The notes beneath the pieces were generated by a model, which worked only from the letters and a program-made list of their open reading frames with translations, did no database searches and was not told the DNA's origin. Shown piece after piece: positions 54,333 through 64,000 of a DNA stretch of 64,000 nt. This DNA is from the human T2T-CHM13v2.0 reference genome, Homo sapiens. The stretch is from NCBI RefSeq assembly GCF_009914755.1, contig NC_060927.1. One strand, given 5' to 3'. Position 1 is the first letter of the stretch. The number at the start of each line of letters is the position of its first letter. A program made the translations under genes and the position numbers.

Positions 54333-55249
54333 AGTGCTATTGTTACTCCATATCAGGCATTATGATGAATGCAAGAGAAATATTGTCAGATATATAGTCC
54401 TTGCATTCAATAAAGGTATACTGTAGTTATAATCTCAGGATATAAAGGGTATAACAGGATGGAATATGCTGAGTGGCCAGTGCATGGCAAAGATAAATAC
54501 CTAGAGAGAAGTGAGATGGCTATGAAATGGACAATTGAGATGACTATGAAGTGGACAATTGGGAAGACTTTGTGGAGAAGTGATGACTTGAGCTGGGTCA
54601 TGAAGGACATGTAGCAGACAACAAGGCACCATCTTAGGCAGGTGGAATGCATCAAGCAAAGGCATGGAGGTTGCTCAAGGAGTGGCTAATATACAAAAGA
54701 GGAAATGTGACAAATATTTACGGAGTAGAATTAAGTCAGAGCAGATATTTACATCAAAGCTTAGAATTTTATTATGCTGGCAACAGGGAACCACAGGTGA
54801 CTTTTGAGCAGACGTAGTCTGTCCAAAGTGAACAGCTTTGGACAGGTTTAGGAAGCTTACTTTTGCAGGAGTGTAGATTGGTTTCTAGTAGGGAATAAGG
54901 CAGGGAGAGCTGCTTATTCTTTTTTCTCCTCAGCAGTTGTGGGGCAATTGGATTGCTGCTTTCTAAATGATAATTAGAAAAGTGTTGAGATTATGTGAGG
55001 CTCTCCTTGTTTCTGGAGTACCAGATTTCTGGAGTACCCTCGTCTCCCATCCCTGCATAGGCCTCTAAGTCCTGCTCCTCACTAAACACACAAAACCTCA
55101 AGGCTGATTGCCTGGTGTTAGTTTTGAGTCAAATTATTTTAATGACCAGCAATTACATTACAGAGCCACTGATAACAAAAGCTCATTTTTTTTTCTCAAG
55201 GTACAAGGAAAGGAGAAAGAATCTTGAAGTCTCATAAGAGAAAAGATCT

Positions 55250-55432
55250 TTTTTTCCTGTTCCTCTCCCTCCTCCGAACTTCCACCCTCCAAAAGGCCCC
55301 AGTGTGTGTTGTAAATAACTAATGGGTACTAGGCTTAATACCTGGGGGTGATGAAACAATCTGTACAACAAACTCCCATGACACAATTCCACCTGTGTAA
55401 CAAACCTACACTTGTACCCCTGACCTTAAAAG
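55250..55432 (+). mobile_element. Miniature 5'-inverted L1 (older L1PA 3'UTR only)
   Basis: Antisense 3'UTR piece 55250-55311 joined to the adjacent sense piece 55313-55432. Flanked by agatct on both sides. Confidence 0.8.
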
Positions 55433-55838
55433 AGATCTATTAAGGAAAGGAGACCTATTGCATCCATTCCTGACCGAGCAAGATTTTTTTTTCTTCTCTA
55501 TCTGTTGACCATGTTTTATGTATTTTCAGTTAACTGTCTGATCAATGACTATTTTACTTCTTCTAGTGGAAGTATTTTCAATAGGTTGTTTCACTTATTG
55601 CCATTGACATTTTTCTGCTTTTCAACCAGAATATGTATATAATAATTTGCTAATATTTTTGTGCCTGTTTATGTAAAAAGTAGTATTTGAGTGACTATAA
55701 AAATAATATTCTTATATTAAGTACTGTCCACTTAAAAGCTACAGCCAACAAGAATACGTTATTTGTATTTTGAACTTCCTTCTTTCATAGGCATACTAGT
55801 CATTAATTCAAAATCAAATTAGGAAAAAAGAAAAAAAA

Positions 55839-56148
<310 letters not shown>

Positions 56149-58263
56149 AGAATTAGTGTAATTCTAATCATTAAAGTGACAAATGAACATAAACATGATG
56201 GGGAAACAGTAGAATAATCCATGAGAATTTTATTTGTATTCAAATGAAAAAATAGAGAAAGAAAAAGTGCTTCATCTTCTGTATAATTAAAGAGGATTTT
56301 GAGTTGGAGAATATTGCTCTATGACTTATACAATATCTTCTCAACTCATTAGAATTCATCACATCTTTGGTTTGGATTTAAGTTAGTGACACTTTTACAA
56401 AAACAGCAAACTTTTAAAATCAGAAAAAACCCCAATATTCATTCAAATTCATGTAGGCTTCTCTTTATATGGCTTTAATTTTTTTCATCAGATTGATCAT
56501 ACTTTCTAGTCCTGTTTTGTTCATCAAAATGTAAACCTGTGTCTCAGTTGCTTCATCGAAACTACTGGTTCTCCCTTCAAGGATGTTGTTAGGGAAAAGT
56601 GGTTAAACGACAATGAATATCTTATAATGCACAAATGCTCTCCATATTTTTAATAGCAAAGAATAATTTGTTTTTCTTTTCCCTGACAAAATGTTTTATC
56701 AAGTAACACTTTTAAATACATGAATGAAGCCTATGAGAGGAGAGTTTATTATTATTAATTGTTATTATTATTTTCTGATGCTTGTATGACCTTGGGTAAG
56801 TTACTGGACCTCTGCCACATGTTGTACATCTGGACCACTCATGAAGATGTGTGCAGGTAGACAGCCCTCAATTCCAATGTGCTGACCTCCACAAATCCCA
56901 AATACCTACCTTGGCCCCACAACATTCCTTTACCAGTGACACATGAAAAAGAGAAAATTAAAAAATAGTTTTATTGCAAAATTTCTGCCTTGACCTCTCA
57001 AGTGGACACCCTATACCCATACTCATCTCAGATCTAGAGAGAGGAGCAGTCGTGTCATGCCTCTGCATGCTTACACGGTTCTGTTTAACTTGGCCTTGAG
57101 ACTGGGGCTCTGAGCCCAGAGGGCCACTGATAGTACTACAGGCTGTCTACTGTGATGAATGCCTGATTCTCCACACTTGTGCTCTTTCCATAATGCTCCC
57201 ATGGCCATCTGCATTTTTGGCTCTGGCATCAGGCAGTAGGGTTTGGTGGTGGCAGCAGTGGAGAGGAAATCCTGAGCACTCCAGATCCACTGAAAGGAGG
57301 GTACATCTTAGGGAGCTTTCTACTATGAGCCTCATGTTTAATACTTCCCATGTTTATTGACATTTTAGTGACAATCTGCTGAGTTTCCTTTGTAGTTTTC
57401 ATTTATTAGATTTGTAATGAAGCAGAACTAACCTCTTTTACCCAGCAAACATTGGCGCCTTTCTCCCTTGCTTCCTTAGCACTCCAGAGGATGGCTTTGA
57501 TATTATCATACAGGTGATTACGGGACAGTCTGGGGCAAAGCTCAGATATTTGGGAATGAAGAGAGTTAGAAAACATGCCAGGCCTATAAACCACCATAAT
57601 GGAAATAAGAGAACAACCTGTTTGGATTCCAGAGAGAATTTCATTTTATGAAAATGAAAATTCAACCTTGGGGAAACCCAGTTTGAGGAGCTTTTTCTGA
57701 CCTTCATAGTTTTTAGCTTGACTTCTTAGCAAAAGGAGAGAAATCAATATAGCATAAGCAATTTCTGAGCAGCAAAGAATATGAATAGAATTTCAAAGGT
57801 TTTTTGGGAGTGGGATACTTTTAGATACATTCTGAGAGAATCAAGTGGCTTGGAAAGAACTGGTTATTCCAAGGTTACTGTTTGGGGAGCAGAGACAGAA
57901 AGTGGGAAGGGGAGCCCTATAATGATAATGTTGGGGACCGAATAAGTTGAGAATAAACCAGAGCACAGCAGTTTTTCTAAGCCCCAAAATAATTTATTTC
58001 TTGTAAACTATTGGATTAAGTCAAAGAAGCAAAAGCATTAAGTACCATGAGATTTTAAACTCAAACTAACCCAAAGCATTCTCAAAGAATTTATTTTCTG
58101 TGATGGTACAAATGATGTATACTTAAACATTTTTTAAACGTTGTACTTAGTTTAGATTTTTCAGCCTTCCTGCAGCCTCTGGCTGCTGAGAATCTACTGA
58201 AAAATCTTCTTTGTAACCTATGTATACTAGTAAATCTCTGCTGCTTGCCTGTCATCTGTCTCA

Positions 58264-58624
<361 letters not shown>

Positions 58625-58978
58625 TTAAACACCAACAAGAAAGACAGGGTGCTTGTCTTCATCAGCTGGTTATGGATATGCTTCTCTAGCATCTTCCCTG
58701 GACGTCTACCCTGCCTTCCACCACCAATTTCCTTCTTTTCCTGGCCCAAGATAATTCCTCAAATTCTGCATTATGGAAGAAGAGAAGACTATGATTTTCC
58801 AAAAAGTTTTCTCCAGCACATTTTTTCTTATTGAAGTCTCCTTTATCTAAAAAAATTAAATGTCTTTTAAATTTAAAACACAATTAGAAAATAAGCACAG
58901 CCAAAACTTAAGTAGCTGATGGGTTTTGTAAGGGGTTAGACAAGTACTCTTCTTTCCTACCTATCCCAACTTGAGCTG

Positions 58979-59365
58979 TGTCCTAGTCTGTTTTCTGCTG
59001 CTATAACTAAATACCTGGGACTGGGTAATTTACAAAGAAAAGAGGTATATTTCTTATGGCTCTGGAGGATGGGAAGTCCAGATTAGGTGACTACATCTGG
59101 TTGGCATTTGGTGAGGGCCTCGTGCTGTGTCATAGCATGGCAGAGGGCATCCCAGGGTGAGGGGGTGAGCTCAGAGCCATGTTGGCTTTTGTAACAGATT
59201 TACTCTCATGATAACTAACCCATTCCTGTGATAACCCATTAATCCATTAAACCATTAATCCATGAATGGACCTGATCACCTCTTAAAGGCCCCATCTCTT
59301 CATATGGCTACATTGCAGACTAATGTTCAACATAAGTTTCAGATGGGACAAAGGGAAACTTTCAA
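58979..59365 (-). mobile_element. MST-type MaLR solo LTR
   Basis: 'tgtcctagtctgttttctgctgctataactaaatacctgggactgggtaattt...tcacctcttaaaggcccc'. Confidence 0.75.
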
Positions 59366-61039
59366 GGGCATCCTATTCACCAGTTTGCAGGAAGCCCTTC
59401 TGACCACTCAAGAGCCTCCTGAGTTTTCCTTCTCTGAATTCTTATCATATTAATAATCTATTCCACACCAGTAGGACTAGTTTGACTCATGTCCTTCCTA
59501 ATCTCTTGTGAATGTAAATCAAGTAGTTATATATCTCAACTTGAAATTATAATCTTTTGAGCACGAGAGCATCTTACACTTCTATATCTGCACATTGTAC
59601 ACATGTAATAAGTGTAGTTGGATGTTGACAAGTATTGAAGAAGCAGATAAAGTCTTCAAAGATAAGAATTTGTATATTTTTTATATATCTCATTAAGTAA
59701 TGGGGACATTTAATACATACTAAATATCATAGCACCACAAAAATGGAGGAAGCACTTCTTAGATTCTAACAGAATCCCTGTCTTTTCTGTCTTGATCTAT
59801 ATTTATTCTTCCTGTAAGTAACAAGCACATGGTTGAGCTATACATAATTCTTTCATTTAAAGGCAGTTGTTCCGAATCAAGAAAAACAAAATTAAATAAA
59901 TTCTGAGAAGGGAATGAGCAATAGTAACAGGCTCAACACTCTTTTGTTAGGGGATTAAAGCATTAATCATCCTATTATCTGCTATTTTGAGCTTTGCCAA
60001 AGTTGCTAGAGGTCAATAGGAATTAGTTCCAATTAAAAAACTTTAGAACTTTCCTTCTTATATCACCTACTGTTTTGGATTGAAAGAAGATGGACGATGA
60101 TAACATGGTCCCGATAGTCTAATTGCAGTTTCTTTCCATTTTTTGCTAAGAAGTTGTAGAAAAGGTCACTTTGGATTTTAAAAATTAAGAGCTTCATTGT
60201 CAGAGTTATCACTAATGCATATAATTACTATTTTAGATTATCAAGAAGGTCTAAAGACAGACATTTTATTTTAATATTCACTGTTAAACTGCATTAGTGA
60301 CATTTGCTAATAACCTGAGGAAGTTACCTACTGTGGTGGTGAGTTTTGAATTGTAAAGTTTAGCGTTTTGACATGGCATGCCAACACTACGTATAATACA
60401 CATAAAAAGTAAGAATTAATAAATATGTCAATTAAAACTGTTAAAAACCTGAACTAGTCCCCAATAACTTCATCAGGAAAGACAAAATGTAATAAACAGT
60501 AGCAGTTATTTCTTGACAAACTGCCGAATAGACTGGTTTGCAGAATTGCTACAGTTCACATTTAGAAAGTTAAGAGAGAGTCCTGGCAGATTGAGATTGG
60601 CAGGTAAACTAATTCTGAAGTGGTAAACATGGGTAGGTTAATTGTTGAAGCAGCAAGATAATATCCTTCAGAGAATGCTTCCTTACCTGATGCATTGATT
60701 AAAAAATAAAAATTCAATGTTTCCAGTCTTTAGATAACTAGTTTGTAATATTAAGAAAATATTGGATAATTATCCAGCTTTTGGTATTTTTCAATCATTC
60801 TTCAAACATCTTTCCTGGGCAGTGAGATGAAAGCTCAATGTCTCATTACCAGCTGTTAGGTTTATTTGTGCATATTATTAAAATACTTAGTGGCCAGTTT
60901 ATTTAGTTATTTGGAGAAAGAAGAAAGATGACTCAGTTTAGATGTTTCTGTCTACTCAGCATAGGGCTTGGGGTCAAGAGAAAGTGATCTCAAACCTACT
61001 ATAGAGATAAATCTATTTTATTGTTCACAGAGAGATTTT

Positions 61040-61520
61040 ATTAGCACACATTTAAAAAGTTGCTTTATTTTTACAATTATGAAAGTAACAAATACTCATA
61101 ATGGATAATTTGTGAATTGGAAAGGAAAAAATAAAATAGCATCATATAAAGAAAACTATTAACATTTTACTTATTTATTTACTTTTACTTTTTCTATGCA
61201 GAACCTTTTTATACACAGTTCTCCAGTTCATCTGTAGTTTAGTTTTGCATATATTTTTTTAGCTCAATGTTATGACCTAAGATTGTCCCCACCCATAACA
61301 ATGCAAATTATTGTTGGATATGTGGGTTCTATTTAGTGAGGATTCCATAACTTATCTAGCCATTCTCATGTTGTTGAATATTTACATAGTTTTCAATTTT
61401 TCATTATTTTTGTAGAGATGCAGTGGAAATCTTTGTGAACTAGACTTTTTTTGGTACCCTGGGTTATTTTTTTGGTGTTAAATCATTGATGTAAAATTTT
61501 TAGTCTAAAGAGCATGATAA
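61040..61520 (-). mobile_element. L1ME-type 3' fragment
   Basis: AT-rich L1ME 3' motifs ('taactatt/aacattt', 'ttgttgaatatttacatagttttcaattttt'). Boundaries approximate. Confidence 0.5.
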
Positions 61521-62089
61521 TATAAGATGACAAAAATGGAAGTTTTGGTTGAGGTAACAAGATGTGAGAGATAACACATTCCGTAGGTGATGTCAGAAAA
61601 CATGCCAAATTTTTAGATTATTAAAAGTCAGTTATATTGGTCTTAATTCTTTTGTAACATCGAGAATATTAAAGGGTCACAATTTGAATATCAAAGGGAA
61701 TTTGGGGTACCAGTTGTTCATTTGCTGTGTCTCCCAGAATTGAATGGGGTTTGCCTGCTCCTTTCCTCACCCTAGATAATTTAATGTGTCCCTATAGGTT
61801 TGAATGACATGGTGGACCTGTTTCTGACTCGTGCTTGAGAGATCTGAGATGAGTGACTGTCTGGCTAGATGCTGTACTGAGGGTACAAAGGAGAAATTGA
61901 TGAATGAGGAAACCCTGAACTCCTGGAGTTTGTCAGAGGAAAGAATGTGTGATAATTTCTCATGAGCCATATATTATCAGAGTTAACATAACTTCATCCT
62001 CGGTCCCATCCAACAAAGTTGTTTGACATGGCAGCAGATTCCTGGAGGCTGAATAGTGTCAAGCCTGGAAAAAAAATTCATTTGCTGTT

Positions 62090-62800
62090 GTTGAGGATAC
62101 TGTAGGTCTCTGAAAACTTTTGAAAGATAAAGGAGGAAGAGGGGGAATAGAAATAATGGTGTAAGAAGAAACAGTTTAAATTTTGAACATGTTGAACTTA
62201 AGGTACTTGTAAAACATCAAGATGGAAGTGCCTAGCAGGGAAGTACGGTGCAAGGTTGGAGCTGAAAGAGTCCTTGACTAGAGATGTGGATACTGACATA
62301 ATCACATGTAGATGAATGTTGGATGTTTGAGATAGTCTAAAGAGGATGCAGACTGAGGTGAGAAGAATGCTAAATGCAGAATCCTGGATTGTATCCCCTT
62401 GGAAGAGTTTGAGAGTCTAGCAAAAGAGACTAAGGAAGATCTAAGTAAATCCAAGTTGGGAAAGAATTCCAAATAGAATGTGGTTGATAAGGAGGTCAAG
62501 TAAGATGGGCATTAAAAGTAACTAGTTTTGGCAAGTAATGGGACATTGGTGATTATATCTGGCTAAGCCTTAGTGTAACTATGGAGACAGGAACCTGATT
62601 GTAGTGGATTGAATAATAAATGGGTAGAGACAGGTCATCTTTGAGTGAAGACCATTCTTTTTAGGATCTTGAGTGTAAAAGGAAGGAGAGATACATACTA
62701 GTGAGAAAAAGGCTTAAAAAATCAAGTGAAAAACTTGTGCATTTTGTATACACCATGGGGAAGGTCGCAGTGGAGTGGGGAAACAAAATATAGGAGAGAA
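62090..62800 (-). mobile_element. L2 fragment
   Basis: Purine-rich L2 antisense motifs ('ttttgaacatgttgaacttaagg', 'gattgtagtggattgaataataaatggg'). Confidence 0.55.
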
Positions 62801-63303
62801 AGATTAATGACCTAGATTGCATAGAAAACAAGGGAAAATTGGATTAAAAGTCTCCTGGCCTCCTGAATTGGAAATTTAAATAATTTAAGTGGTATAAAGC
62901 AAGGAATGCTATGAAACCATAAAAAGAATATTATTCTTTAGAATTGATATGGAAGAGTCTCCAACATATATTATGAATATGAAAAACAAGGCACATAGTG
63001 TATTTAGTATGCTACCAGGGTTATGATGAATGGCCAAGTGGATTGTGTACTCATATGTGAGTGATGCCCCTCTGGAATTGTGCTTTGTGTTGTACTATAG
63101 ATGAGATCCCCTGATGTGAGTCAGCACCTCACATTACCTTTGTTGGAGGACACTTTTCATGATTCTCTGTCTTCCTTTGTTCTGGTCAATATTAACACGT
63201 ATAATTTTTTGATCATTTAATTTCCCACTTCTCTTATTTAAGAATACCGTACCAATCAGACTAATGGATCAGATTCTCTGCTCTGCTTCATAGCTATGTT
63301 TTT

Positions 63304-63599
<296 letters not shown>

Positions 63600-64000
63600 A
63601 GCTATGTTTTTAATTTAAACATCAGTAAAGTGACCTTCTGATCATAATTTCGGTCTTCATGTCACTTGTTCATGGAAAGAGAATGCATTGGCATACTGGT
63701 GTGAGTATTTCTGCCTGATGGTTGAGCCTCTTATAAAAGAATATATTGTCATTCTGGTATATAATATCATCTTTGAGAACTTGATTTATGAGAGCCCAGC
63801 CCTTAAAGTCAGTGTGCTAATAAAACCACATTTCTCACCCTGTCTCTGAAAGCTAAAAGCCAGTTCCTAAATTGTGGTGAATTCAGTGAGCACAATTTTA
63901 CTTTGTGCATGCTCGGTGTAGGCAGTCATCTGGCCTTTTCCTGTTGATTTCCCTTTTCTATGTACCATTTCTATTTAAATGCAGTGGCTTGATGATCTCA

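Noticed and set aside
55010-55038. tttctggagtacc tandem duplication
   Set aside because: Ordinary short slippage duplication.
57150-57295. C-box (GTGATGA) and CTGA motifs suggesting a C/D snoRNA
   Set aside because: No terminal stem or recognisable guide sequence; such short motifs occur by chance.

Overview
This is AT-rich primate genomic DNA, almost certainly human, because it carries a near-consensus AluYb8/Yb9-type insertion, a human-specific subfamily. I see no supportable host protein-coding exon, RNA gene or CRISPR array, and I cannot name the locus. All long ORFs come from LINE-1 ORF1/ORF2 remnants, MaLR internal sequence or Alu read-through. The window is intronic or intergenic. It has a retroelement-dense block at about 11.7-33.5 kb: an old L1M, a MER11 solo LTR, a complete THE1D-like provirus, a twin-primed old L1, an L1PA2-like insertion and an internally deleted L1PA7-like element. 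A block at about 34-48 kb is poorer in young repeats and holds CTCF-like motifs in divergent orientation and homeodomain-motif clusters. Repeat annotation does not explain two short local copies of one donor region at about 52.0-52.5 kb: a 107-bp direct copy (103/107 identical) and an 85-bp inverted copy (74/85), which look like templated insertions of different ages. I found no evidence of a new multi-gene biological system. Subfamily names come from remembered consensus features and need RepeatMasker/Dfam confirmation.
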